From positions 1 through 50,935 of IMG/VR virus record IMGVR_UViG_3300009426_000007: a stretch of DNA of 50,935 nucleotides; one strand, 5' to 3'. Below are positions 26,017-35,536 of this stretch, one piece after another. The DNA comes from a virus (taxonomy: Duplodnaviria > Caudoviricetes). The notes under the pieces are model-generated. The model ran no database searches. It worked only from the letters and a program-made list of their open reading frames with translations, and was not told where the DNA came from. Numbering within the stretch: the stretch's first letter is position 1; each line of letters opens with the position of its first letter. The position numbers were made by a program, and so were the translations under genes.

Positions 26017-28173
26017 ATGACAAATATCTACCAGAGCCTTTGGGAGAAGGCTAAAAAATCTAAATTAGACAAGGTCGACAAAGACGAGCTTGATGGTGAC
26101 TTCGATGATCGTGAAGATAAAGATATCGACAACGATGGCGACGAAGATAAGTCCGACAAGTATCTTCATGGCAAGCGAAAGAAAGTTTCGATAGCCATAA
26201 ATGCTAAAAAGGGTAAAAGCGAAAATCCTGATGACTCTGAGAAAGAGATTGAAGAATCTGTGTTAGAATCAATTGCTGATGCATGCGAAGAAATGGGCAT
26301 TGATATCGAAGATCTATCTGAAGAGCAGATCGACGAGCTTTCTAGAAATACTTTAAAATCATATGCTAAAAAAGCTAATAGTGATATGCACAAAAACTTT
26401 TCTAATGCTCGCGGTGAACAACAAAAACATGATAATGCTTTATACAGAGATGATGCTGAAGAAGCTAATAAAACAGCTGACGGTGAAAGGAAGTATAGAA
26501 AGAAGGCCTGGAGTAGAGCAAAAAACATACAAAAAGCAAAGATTAAAACCTACGGTAAACAGTATATGGTGGGTGAAGAAACCCTTGATGAGCTAAGCAA
26601 GAAAACATTAGGTTCTTATGTTACTAAGGCTTCTGGAGATCGTGCTAACAATGCCTTCAATCTTGCAACAATGGATAAAGGTGATAAGAGAACTAATGCC
26701 TGGGGCAAAGATTTCAAGAGAACCGTTGGTATTAAAAAGGCCGTTAAGAAATTAATAACTAAAGAAGAAACCCTTGATGAGCTAAGCAAGAAAACCCTTC
26801 AAAAATATGTGGATAAGTCTCATAAGAAGTCTGAAAAGGCAATTAACTCTTATTCAAATGCAGCCAATCGTAGACACGATTTTGCTCCTGATACTCCTGC
26901 TATGACTAAAAACTTTAACCTCCATATGAAAAGAAGTGATGGTACGGAACTTGCTAAAAAGAAACTTGGTCAACATAATGTTTCAGGGCAGAATTATGGT
27001 ACAGTTACAGATAGAAAGAAGCCTTCCGTAAAAAATGAAGAAACTCTCGTCGAGAAGCTCCTAGATCATTCTCACCTAGAGCATGATACCTATCCGGGTA
27101 CAGCAGCCGATCCGAATTCAACATTCAACAAGATTCACGATGCTGCTCATGCAGAGATCAAAAAGCATGTTGAAAAAAGCGGTGATAAAGGTCTAAAGAT
27201 AGGTGATCATAGTAAGTTTATGAGTTCCTCGAAACCTCATGCTATTATTCACAACCAAATGGTTAAGCACGGTATTAAGCCAGATTTCGAAACACATGGT
27301 AAGATCAGTCGTTCTATTGGCAAAAAACTAGCTTCTTCAGTGTCTGAAGCAACTCTGAAACTTACTAACGAAGAAATCGAGCTAACTTCTACTCAAAAAC
27401 TAAATGCAGCGGTCTTAAGATCTCTTACTGAAAAGAAAGCAGACAAAATTGCTCAGCCTGACGATAATGCAAATCCTGGCGATAAAATGCAAAAAATGAT
27501 GGATGTGGAAGTGATCGATATGGTTCCAGCAAGCGTAAATTCTGTTCTCGCAGCAGGTCGCGCGGGCCCAGGTAAGAAAACGGTTAAAGAAGAGACCCTA
27601 GACGAAAACAGTAGAGCAGATCACTATAAAGGCGCTACTCAAGGTCAAACTTGGAGGGATAATGCTTCACAGGCAGAAAAGGATTTCTACGATATGCATA
27701 TGAAAGGCGCTAAATGGGATGACACTGAAGAGAAAGGTCATATTGACGCTCTTAAAGCAGGTCGCGCTGGTCCCGGTAAAAAAGCTCGTAAGGGTGACAA
27801 TACCAATTCTGAAAAGATGAAAAAGACGACCGCATCTGAAGCATTCGAGAGACATATCAATGATCATGTATCGGCGCTTACAGAGAAATATCTAAATGAG
27901 AATAAAGATAAAGTTACCGCAGACTTTGGGTATTGGCATGATGGCAAAGATGGACCTAAAGATGTTGAGGGCTATGTTAAAAACGTCGGTACTGGAGGTC
28001 ACCCTTCATTAACATCTAAGATCACCAAAGCTAATACTAATCAGGGTAGAGAACATGACTGCACAGTTACTGGTCATGTTAAACACGTAATGAAATTCAT
28101 TAATGATCATCATCAAGAAAACTACTCATTAGACCACGCGGGTCATAAACAATTCAACAAAGACTATTCATAA
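26017..28173 (+). CDS. modular internal-head polyprotein candidate 3
   Basis: EF-hand-like DIDNDGDEDKSD; QIDELS, EETLDELS x2 (26575, 26764), EETLVE, EETLDEN; AGRAGPGKK x2. Confidence 0.75.
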   Translation: MTNIYQSLWEKAKKSKLDKVDKDELDGDFDDREDKDIDNDGDEDKSDKYLHGKRKKVSIAINAKKGKSENPDDSEKEIEESVLESIADACEEMGIDIEDLSEEQIDELSRNTLKSYAKKANSDMHKNFSNARGEQQKHDNALYRDDAEEANKTADGERKYRKKAWSRAKNIQKAKIKTYGKQYMVGEETLDELSKKTLGSYVTKASGDRANNAFNLATMDKGDKRTNAWGKDFKRTVGIKKAVKKLITKEETLDELSKKTLQKYVDKSHKKSEKAINSYSNAANRRHDFAPDTPAMTKNFNLHMKRSDGTELAKKKLGQHNVSGQNYGTVTDRKKPSVKNEETLVEKLLDHSHLEHDTYPGTAADPNSTFNKIHDAAHAEIKKHVEKSGDKGLKIGDHSKFMSSSKPHAIIHNQMVKHGIKPDFETHGKISRSIGKKLASSVSEATLKLTNEEIELTSTQKLNAAVLRSLTEKKADKIAQPDDNANPGDKMQKMMDVEVIDMVPASVNSVLAAGRAGPGKKTVKEETLDENSRADHYKGATQGQTWRDNASQAEKDFYDMHMKGAKWDDTEEKGHIDALKAGRAGPGKKARKGDNTNSEKMKKTTASEAFERHINDHVSALTEKYLNENKDKVTADFGYWHDGKDGPKDVEGYVKNVGTGGHPSLTSKITKANTNQGREHDCTVTGHVKHVMKFINDHHQENYSLDHAGHKQFNKDYS

Positions 28174-28183
28174 GGATAACACA

Positions 28184-28480
28184 ATGTTAGAGAAAGCAAA
28201 ATGGATGAAAGACGCAGTACCAACAGCAAAAGGATGGGTAGATCGCCGCACAGGGGAACTACTCCTAGCTAGAAAATACTCAGAGGCTGAGATCCGTGAA
28301 TGGGATCTTGCTAACGGTGGGAAGATTTTAGGCAAAACGCTGGAAAAAGACGAGACGCCTGTTAAAAAGGCTAAGTCTACTAAGCGCAAAGCAGCTAAAA
28401 AAGATGTGCCTGTAGTAGAAGAAGGCGACGATTTAGAGGATATTTTCTCTCATGTCTCAGATTTCACTGATCAAGAATAG
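28184..28480 (+). CDS. hypothetical protein
   Basis: AAGGA RBS; AVPTAKGWVDRRTGELL. Confidence 0.7.
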   Translation: MLEKAKWMKDAVPTAKGWVDRRTGELLLARKYSEAEIREWDLANGGKILGKTLEKDETPVKKAKSTKRKAAKKDVPVVEEGDDLEDIFSHVSDFTDQE

Positions 28481-28525
28481 ATAGATACTAGCGATAATTA
28501 AAACATATTCGTTAGGAAGAAGTCC

Positions 28526-28915
28526 TTGAAAAAAATAAGCGAGATTAAAGATGATGAAGAATTTCTTTTCTTTGCAGCAACACATTATTACAGACCCAGG
28601 TCAACTGCAGTTGACGATTTTTATGATGACATTCATAGGATTAAGTACATAAAGCGCTTAGTTAATCGCTTCATGGAGACAGGTAATCTTAGTGAGAGAC
28701 TTCTATTAAACCATATAATAGTGGTGGGGAATTCGTTTACGATACCCGCCGCTATTAAAATTTTTGAGTATAAGCTGAATGAGAAAAGCTGGAGGGTATT
28801 AAAGCCCTTCTTGGTTCATTTGAAATATATTGAAGAATCAGCATATCCGAATATCAAATCTAATATAGTGGTTGAAAGACAACTCAAGAGCATCTTTAGG
28901 CCCGAAGGGAATTAA
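28526..28915 (+). CDS. conserved T4-like phage protein
   Basis: FAATHY..P...FYDD..RIKYIKRL..ERLLLNHII motif. Confidence 0.8.
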   Translation: MKKISEIKDDEEFLFFAATHYYRPRSTAVDDFYDDIHRIKYIKRLVNRFMETGNLSERLLLNHIIVVGNSFTIPAAIKIFEYKLNEKSWRVLKPFLVHLKYIEESAYPNIKSNIVVERQLKSIFRPEGN

Positions 28916-28916
28916 A

Positions 28917-29759
28917 ATGGGTGTATATAGACATAAAGGCTGGAAAATTGAGGAAGTAGGTCGTTATGGCGATACTCCTAAAGTCAAGCAATGGAATATA
29001 ACCCCGCCAAAAGAATCCAATGCTACCGACACTGCTAACACCTTAGGGGATGCAAAACGTATGATAGATCGATGGACTAAAGATATGAAAGAAGAAGGCG
29101 GCGCTGGTGACTTTGGCACCGACAAGCTTCGTAAGAGATATCAAAAAGATACCCCCGGTCAGCCTGTTACGGAAAACGACGATAAGAAATTACCTTTTCA
29201 TAAAGAAGTTCATAAAGCTTACCTTGCTCACCTCGCGGCGGAGAAAAGAAGCTCGGATGAAGAACAAAGTGATGATAGGCCATATAAAGGCAAATTGAAA
29301 GCTGCTGTCACTAATAGACGTAGGACACTTATGAAAAAATTTGAAAAACATCACAATATAACCGGCGGCCAATCTAGGATTGATGCATTGACTAAAATAC
29401 AGAATTTTCATGAAGAATTTGGTGTTGGTACACCGACTATGAATACCGGATCTATTCCTGCAACAGGTCCCCTAAAATTAAAGAAAACTGCATTATTTCA
29501 TGATGTGACCGATAAACGCAGAAAGAAGGATAAGCCTCCGATGATTCTTAAGCGATTCCAAAAGTACTTTAAAGAATCACAAGAGCTAGATGAGATCAGT
29601 CAAGAGACTGCGCAATCTTATCGTAAAAAAGCTACCCAAGATTTATACTTTAACCATTTGCCGCATGTAGCTACACCGGACGAAAAAGCTAAACATGATA
29701 AGAAGAATATAGCTCGCGCGAAGGGCTTGGAAATGGTCAAGAAGAAGTTAAGGGATTAA
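28917..29759 (+). CDS. modular internal-head polyprotein candidate 4
   Basis: EEGGAGDFGTDKLRKRYQKDTPGQ; KRFQKYFKE; LDEISQETAQSYRKKA module. Confidence 0.7.
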   Translation: MGVYRHKGWKIEEVGRYGDTPKVKQWNITPPKESNATDTANTLGDAKRMIDRWTKDMKEEGGAGDFGTDKLRKRYQKDTPGQPVTENDDKKLPFHKEVHKAYLAHLAAEKRSSDEEQSDDRPYKGKLKAAVTNRRRTLMKKFEKHHNITGGQSRIDALTKIQNFHEEFGVGTPTMNTGSIPATGPLKLKKTALFHDVTDKRRKKDKPPMILKRFQKYFKESQELDEISQETAQSYRKKATQDLYFNHLPHVATPDEKAKHDKKNIARAKGLEMVKKKLRD

Positions 29760-29760
29760 A

Positions 29761-30153
29761 ATGTTCGGACTAAGCTCATTCAGATTATATGCCGCAATCT
29801 TTGCATTAGTAGCCCTTGTGGCTCTGGTTGCAGGAGGTTATATATATGTGACCAAGATGCAGACTAAGATTACAACACTAGAAGTTGAATCTAGACTAGC
29901 TCAGGAAGCTCTTAAAACATCCAATGAGACAATTGATGCAATTGAAAAAGCAGCAGCTGAGAACAGAAAAAATATTACCGAACTTAGAGAAGGGCTAGAT
30001 AAGGCCACGGACGACCAAGAAGAATTAAGAAAAGTATTAGCAAATAATGACCTGAAAAAACTGGCCAATAGAAAGCCCGGTCTGATAGAGAGGAAGATAA
30101 ATGATGCAACTGCTAAAGAGTTTCGTGATTTTGAGCGTATTACTGGTCGCTAG
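29761..30153 (+). CDS. i-spanin (Rz-like)
   Basis: N-terminal TM plus coiled coil; overlaps a lipoprotein gene. Confidence 0.8.
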   Translation: MFGLSSFRLYAAIFALVALVALVAGGYIYVTKMQTKITTLEVESRLAQEALKTSNETIDAIEKAAAENRKNITELREGLDKATDDQEELRKVLANNDLKKLANRKPGLIERKINDATAKEFRDFERITGR

Positions 30154-30451
30154 TGCATGCTCGACAACGCCTAAGACGATAATCCAGACTAAGATAATTA
30201 CAAAAACAATACCTGCTATCGAGCGACCGCGTCCGGTAGTTATGAATGATGTTAAATTTTACGTGGTGACTGAAGATACCCTTGACGATTTCATTGCAGA
30301 GTTTAAGAAGGCTAATGCGGGTGAACTTGTTTTTGTTGCAACTAACGTTAAAGGGTATGAGAACATATCCCTCAACCTTGCGGATATAAAGAGATATCTA
30401 AAACAACAGAATGAGATCATTGTTTATTATGAAAAAAATGCTACTAAATAA
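30101..30451 (+). CDS. o-spanin (Rz1-like) lipoprotein
   Basis: Lipobox LVASA-C after a hydrophobic signal; Pro-containing mature part. Confidence 0.8.
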   Translation: MMQLLKSFVILSVLLVASACSTTPKTIIQTKIITKTIPAIERPRPVVMNDVKFYVVTEDTLDDFIAEFKKANAGELVFVATNVKGYENISLNLADIKRYLKQQNEIIVYYEKNATK

Positions 30452-30461
30452 TACCTAGGGG

Positions 30462-30490
30462 TTTACAACTCCCCTGAAATGTTGTATAAT
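30462..30490 (+). promoter_or_regulatory. early promoter with stem-loop
   Basis: AGGGG-TTTACA..CCCCT; TATAAT 30485. Confidence 0.8.
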
Positions 30491-30531
30491 AATCATCTAT
30501 AAAAGTAACGCCAGACATTTCCGGAGAGATA

Positions 30532-31503
30532 ATGCTATTCGAAGAACAGATTTCACGCAAACCTGACCAGTACCCATGGACCAAGCAATTTATAGAAGCC
30601 ATATGGAAAGGCTTTTGGACCCCCGACGAATTCAATTTTAGAAGTGATTACTCTCAATTCAAATCTGATCTTACAAAAGAAGAGCAACAAATTATCATCC
30701 GGACGATGTCTGCGATAGGTCAGATTGAGATTGCGGTTAAAACCTTCTGGGCCGAAATAGGTAACCATATGCCGCATCCTTCTATCAAGGATTTGGGCTA
30801 TGCAATGGCGAACTCTGAAGTTATTCATAATATGGCCTACGAGAAGATTCTTGATGTGCTCCATATGACTCACATCTTTGAAGAGAATCTCAATGAGCAG
30901 GTTATTAAGGGAAGAGTCGAATATCTTCGTAAATATAATCAACGAGTTTATGAGGATGATAAAAAACAATACATCTACGCTATTATTCTATTTACGCTAT
31001 TCGTTGAGAACGTGAGCTTATTCTCTCAGTTTTATATCATCATGCATATGAATAGAAATAAGTCTGTGATGAAGGATTGCGCTCAACAGGTACAATATAC
31101 CAGAAACGAAGAGCTTCTTCATGCTCAGGTAGGTATTAAACTTATTCAAACATTGCGATCCGAATATCCGGAAATGTTTGATGACGAATTACAGCAAAGA
31201 ATTGAACATGAGTGTGTCGAATCCCTTAAAGCTGAAAGTCGTGTTATCGACTGGATTATGGGCGATTATCATGTAGAAGGATTGGATGCTAATATTCTAA
31301 AGGCGTTCATTGCTAAAAGAATGGCAGATTCAATCTCAGATATCGGATTCGATAATAGTTCTATCTATTATGATAAAGATGCCGTTCATAAAACTTATTG
31401 GTTCGACGAAGAATTACTTGGCGCTAATATGACAGACTTCTTTCAGAAAAGACCCGTCGAGTATGCAAAAGGACAAGGGGTCGGGGTAGACGATTTGTTT
31501 TAG
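30532..31503 (+). CDS. nrdB: class I ribonucleotide reductase beta subunit
   Basis: FWTPDEF, SEVIHNMAY (radical Tyr), ENVSLFSQF, NEELLH, DFFQKRPVEY. Confidence 0.95.
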   Translation: MLFEEQISRKPDQYPWTKQFIEAIWKGFWTPDEFNFRSDYSQFKSDLTKEEQQIIIRTMSAIGQIEIAVKTFWAEIGNHMPHPSIKDLGYAMANSEVIHNMAYEKILDVLHMTHIFEENLNEQVIKGRVEYLRKYNQRVYEDDKKQYIYAIILFTLFVENVSLFSQFYIIMHMNRNKSVMKDCAQQVQYTRNEELLHAQVGIKLIQTLRSEYPEMFDDELQQRIEHECVESLKAESRVIDWIMGDYHVEGLDANILKAFIAKRMADSISDIGFDNSSIYYDKDAVHKTYWFDEELLGANMTDFFQKRPVEYAKGQGVGVDDLF

Positions 31504-31512
31504 GAGAAAGAA

Positions 31513-31728
31513 ATGAACAGAATAACAAGAATGATGATCAAATCAAAAGCAAAAGAAATGATCACACCAGGACCAGATACAGAAAGAGATCTTAAAGATC
31601 TGTTTTGTATTCTAAGAGAGGTCTGGGACCTCGAATTCGAGGACAGTATTGATTTTCAAGAAAAATGTCTCAATGAGATATGGAACGCATCAGCAGTGAT
31701 GTATAGACTTAAGAAAAAAGGGAAATAA
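31513..31728 (+). CDS. hypothetical protein
   Basis: AGGAG RBS; between nrdB and nrdA. Confidence 0.65.
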   Translation: MNRITRMMIKSKAKEMITPGPDTERDLKDLFCILREVWDLEFEDSIDFQEKCLNEIWNASAVMYRLKKKGK

Positions 31729-31730
31729 GA

Positions 31731-33383
31731 ATGGGCTTTAACTGGGCAAACGAAGACTCTAGGATCTTTCTCTCGCGAGGATATATTGATGGTAATATGA
31801 CTGTCGAAGAGCGCGTACGAGAGATAGCAAAGACCGCCGGAGAAATCTTGGATATGGACGGATTTGCAGATAAGTTCTATGATTATATGAGTAAAGGTTA
31901 TTATTCCTTATCTTCACCAGTATGGAGCAATTTTGGTACCAAGAAGGGTTTACCTATCTCCTGTAATGGAGTCTATATTGATGACTCGATCGAATCTATC
32001 TTGGATAAGAACTCTGAGATAGGTATGCAGACGAAGTTGGGCGCAGGTACTTCTGCTTATCTTGGAGGGATTAGACCCCGAGGATCGGCAATCAAATCTG
32101 GCGGCAAAGCTGATGGGCCCGTCCATTATGCAAATGTTACTGAAACGATGGTGGACATTATCTCACAGGGCAACGTTCGCCGGGGCTCTTGTGCTGTCTA
32201 TCTTCCAATTGATCATCCCGACATTATGGAATTTCTAGAATGTCGAGAAGAAGGCTCACATATTAAAAACCTGTCTATGGGCGTATGCGTATCAGACGAG
32301 TTCATGCGGAAGATGATTGATGGCGATCATGACGCGCGCATGGTGTGGGCGAGGGTGCTCCGAAAACGAAAAGAATCAGGATATCCTTATATCTTCTGGA
32401 CCGACACGGTCAACAATAATAAACCCCAAGCTCTTAAAGATTTAAATCTCCCTATCTGGGCATCTAATCTTTGTAGTGAAATTTGTTTACCTTCTACTGT
32501 AGATCTATCATTCGTATGCGATCTAGCATCCATGAACCTTTTGACATATGATGAATGGAGTCAAACGGATGCGGTTGAGGTCATGACCTTCTTCCTTGAT
32601 GCAGTCATGGAAGAATATATCGAAAAAATTAAAGACATACCACACATGAAACCCGCGCGAGCCTTCTCTTTGAAATGGAGAGCTATCGGGATCGGACAAC
32701 TAGGTTGGCATTCGTATTTACAGTCTAAAATGATTCCTTTTGAATCGTTTGATGCTCATATGGAAGCGGTCAAAATATCAAAATTTATTGATGATAGATC
32801 GCTCTTGGCATCGAAAGAATTAGCTGTAGAATATGGTGAGCCTGAAGGACTTCTCGGATATGGCGTCCGGAACCTTACACGAACAGCTATTGCGCCAACC
32901 ACCTCCTCTTCATTCATTCTAGGACAGGTTTCCCCGTCTATTGAACCTCTTGCATCCAATTACTTTACTAAGGATCTTGCAAAGGGCAAATTCACTTGGA
33001 GAAACCCTTATCTAGGTAAGATTATTAATGAGTACGCCGGCTCCCATGAAAAGGCCGAAGAGATTTGGAGAAGTGTCCTAGTCAGTGGCGGTAGCGTTCA
33101 GCACCTTACCTGGCTAACACAAAAACAGAAAGATGTATTCAAAACATTTTCAGAAATCTCACCGTTATCTGTCGTTCAACAGGCAGCAGGAAGACAGAAA
33201 TATATCGATCAATCCCAGTCTTTGAATCTTATGATTGCACCAGAGGTTCCTATTAAGGATATCAATGCTCTTATGATCGAGGCTTGGAAGCTTGGTGTTA
33301 AGACCCTGTATTACCAACGCAGTTCAAATCCTGCTCAAGAATTGGTGCGAGATATTATGCATTGTCAAAGTTGTGAAAGTTGA
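31731..33383 (+). CDS. nrdA: class I ribonucleotide reductase alpha subunit (short, no ATP cone)
   Basis: LPISC, SNLCSEI, IAPTTSSS, TLYY, C-terminal CQSCES. Confidence 0.96.
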   Translation: MGFNWANEDSRIFLSRGYIDGNMTVEERVREIAKTAGEILDMDGFADKFYDYMSKGYYSLSSPVWSNFGTKKGLPISCNGVYIDDSIESILDKNSEIGMQTKLGAGTSAYLGGIRPRGSAIKSGGKADGPVHYANVTETMVDIISQGNVRRGSCAVYLPIDHPDIMEFLECREEGSHIKNLSMGVCVSDEFMRKMIDGDHDARMVWARVLRKRKESGYPYIFWTDTVNNNKPQALKDLNLPIWASNLCSEICLPSTVDLSFVCDLASMNLLTYDEWSQTDAVEVMTFFLDAVMEEYIEKIKDIPHMKPARAFSLKWRAIGIGQLGWHSYLQSKMIPFESFDAHMEAVKISKFIDDRSLLASKELAVEYGEPEGLLGYGVRNLTRTAIAPTTSSSFILGQVSPSIEPLASNYFTKDLAKGKFTWRNPYLGKIINEYAGSHEKAEEIWRSVLVSGGSVQHLTWLTQKQKDVFKTFSEISPLSVVQQAAGRQKYIDQSQSLNLMIAPEVPIKDINALMIEAWKLGVKTLYYQRSSNPAQELVRDIMHCQSCES

Positions 33384-33471
33384 GATTTACAATTATTAAA
33401 GTGCCACTGAGTTTATAATGAGGACATCTAGCGACCTATATTTTATACTTTTTTCTAATTAGGAGAATCTA

Positions 33472-33633
33472 ATGACTGACCCACTACCACTATTTGTTGA
33501 TGAAGCCTGTGAATTATTAGAGCAAATGCCATTATTCTATCATAAGTACTCTCAAAGAGAACTAGCAGTAAAATTGCAGAATAATTATATAAGAGTAGGA
33601 CTTAAGATGGGTCAAGAAGGCACCGCAGTTTAA
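33472..33633 (+). CDS. hypothetical protein (53 aa)
   Basis: AGGAG RBS; TAATG coupling to the next gene. Confidence 0.55.
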   Translation: MTDPLPLFVDEACELLEQMPLFYHKYSQRELAVKLQNNYIRVGLKMGQEGTAV

Positions 33634-33893
33634 TGTTCACAATAGAACATGAAGAGGATTTCACTATTATCACCATCCTAGATGATGAAGATAAATGTGA
33701 CGAACTTGAGGTAGAAATTGGCACTGATGTAGTCAATCTCAGACAGTGGCATGTTAAATCTATTGAAGATCATGAAATCCCCGAATGGGAAATATATGAT
33801 CAAATTACTATTACTCCGCGTCAGTTCTTGAAACTCATGGAAGCCTTTAATCTAAAAGAAGGTGTATATCAATTGGAGAATCCTGCGATTTGA
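33633..33893 (+). CDS. conserved acidic phage protein
   Basis: MFTIEHEED..ITILDD..RQW..EG.Y. Confidence 0.75.
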   Translation: MFTIEHEEDFTIITILDDEDKCDELEVEIGTDVVNLRQWHVKSIEDHEIPEWEIYDQITITPRQFLKLMEAFNLKEGVYQLENPAI

Positions 33894-34342
33894 CATGGTA
33901 TTATAAAGGCGAGCCATATGAGCCTAAAGAAGGTGAATTAGACGATTGGATGGGGTTCGTATACATAATCACCGACAAATCCACGAAGAAGATGTATCTA
34001 GGCAAAAAGCTTTTTTGGTCCAGGAAAACATCGCCTCCTCTTAAGGGTAAGAAGCTCAAGCGTAGGAAGATCGTAGAATCTGATTGGATGAAATATTATG
34101 GTTCGTCCGACCTAGTCAAACAACTTCTACTAGAGCACGGTGAAGAGAACTTTCATAGAGAGATAATATACTTTGGTAAAGCTAAAGGTGAATTAGGTTA
34201 TGTTGAAGCGCGTGAACAATTTGCACGTAATGTTCTCCTGGATGACAATTGGATGAATGGTATTATCAACTGCCGGATTCATAGATCGCACATTAAGCGA
34301 GTGAAAGAACAGTATGAAGCAGAGAAAACTATTTCTAACTAA
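33890..34342 (+). CDS. GIY-YIG nuclease-family protein
   Basis: GFVYII...YLGKK, ESDW..YYGSS, REI, N. Confidence 0.8.
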   Translation: MTWYYKGEPYEPKEGELDDWMGFVYIITDKSTKKMYLGKKLFWSRKTSPPLKGKKLKRRKIVESDWMKYYGSSDLVKQLLLEHGEENFHREIIYFGKAKGELGYVEAREQFARNVLLDDNWMNGIINCRIHRSHIKRVKEQYEAEKTISN

Positions 34343-34871
34343 GTTTATAAGACCTAATAGCATAGGATGTGAGATAGGTGTCTGGAAGGGGGCTCTTACT
34401 GAACATTTCCTAAAAAATCTCCGTATTAAAAAATATTATCTTATAGACCCGTACGAATTTGGGCCACAATATCCTACCATTTGGTGGGGTGGAAAAATTG
34501 CAAAATCCCAAAACGATATGGACCAAATCCGCAAAGAGGCGATGTCACTTATTGATGCTATAGATGTAAAATGTGAAAGAGTATGGATAAGAAAATCTTC
34601 AGAAGATGCCGTATCTGAAATAGAAGACGAATCCTTAGATTGGGTTTATATAGACGGCAACCACGAATATGAATTTGTAAACCACGATCTTAACGCATAT
34701 ATCAAAAAGGTGAAGACCGGTGGTCTTATTATGTGTGATGATTTAGGATGGGTTAATGATGCCGGGAAAGAACCTGTAACCGATGCTGTCTTTGATTGGT
34801 TGCTAGTTAATAAGGCAAAGGTGACTGTTATGGATATGGAACAAAGACAAATAGTGATGAAAAAACTATAA
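34314..34871 (+). CDS. class I SAM methyltransferase (Methyltransf_24-like)
   Basis: EIGVWKG, IDPY, YIDGNHEY, GGLIMCDD. Confidence 0.88.
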   Translation: MKQRKLFLTKFIRPNSIGCEIGVWKGALTEHFLKNLRIKKYYLIDPYEFGPQYPTIWWGGKIAKSQNDMDQIRKEAMSLIDAIDVKCERVWIRKSSEDAVSEIEDESLDWVYIDGNHEYEFVNHDLNAYIKKVKTGGLIMCDDLGWVNDAGKEPVTDAVFDWLLVNKAKVTVMDMEQRQIVMKKL

Positions 34872-34893
34872 TAAAAATTCAAATTAAGTGCAC

Positions 34894-34929
34894 AGGGGGA
34901 TTTACATTCCCCCTTTTTTGTGATATAAT
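34894..34929 (+). promoter_or_regulatory. promoter/terminator cassette
   Basis: AGGGGGA-TTTACAT-TCCCCCT-T tract; TATAAT 34924. Confidence 0.85.
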
Positions 34930-34959
34930 GGTATTATATTTAAACAAAAGAGGCACAAT

Positions 34960-35151
34960 ATGACAAACGATATGGTAACATTCATCTTCTTAATTTCAGC
35001 TTCAACATTCACATTCTGTGTATTAGCAGCTTTCGTAGGCGCTTATCATTTACAACTTCATAAGCTTCGGCTAGAGGATATCGATCGTACCCCGATCATT
35101 AATGTGAAAAAAATGACTAAAAATTATATGCAGGAAAATATTAACCAATGA
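34960..35151 (+). CDS. small membrane protein
   Basis: N-terminal TM; downstream of the cassette. Confidence 0.65.
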   Translation: MTNDMVTFIFLISASTFTFCVLAAFVGAYHLQLHKLRLEDIDRTPIINVKKMTKNYMQENINQ

Positions 35152-35320
35152 ACTATTGGGTTGTCTCCGAATTAACTCGTGTCAGAACCAGAGACCCTGC
35201 TTGGGATGGGGGTTGGTTTCAGTGCACAGCGTCTTTTACAGGCCATGAAGAATGTAAACCTGATACGAAGCCGCCGGACCTTGCCGCGGCTCTTGCCGGG
35301 AAGATAAATAGGGTTTTATC

Positions 35321-35536
35321 ATGAACCCAAATGCAATAAAGATCGTAACACATGACGGAACATGGGTCGCAACATGGGGCGCAATACGGGACGCAACAGG
35401 GAACGCAATACCTGACGCAACATATGACGCAACGGAGCGCGCAACAGAGGGCGCAACATATGACGCAACAGGGAACGCAGTACAGGTCGCAACAGGGGAC
35501 GCAGTACAGGTCGCAGTCGATAGGATAATGAAATGA
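35321..35536 (+). CDS. tetrapeptide-repeat (xxAT) protein
   Basis: About 14 units of 12 nt with a GCAACA core; ATGA-coupled to rnh. Confidence 0.6.
   Translation: MNPNAIKIVTHDGTWVATWGAIRDATGNAIPDATYDATERATEGATYDATGNAVQVATGDAVQVAVDRIMK

Noticed and set aside
20980-28173. EETLDE junction repeats as a CRISPR array or DGR
   Set aside because: Repeats are in-frame, irregularly spaced by hundreds of nt and degenerate; no cas or reverse transcriptase gene and no adenine-specific TR/VR pair.
33386-33419. TTTACA...TATAAT after nrdA as a promoter
   Set aside because: Spacer is 22 nt rather than 17.
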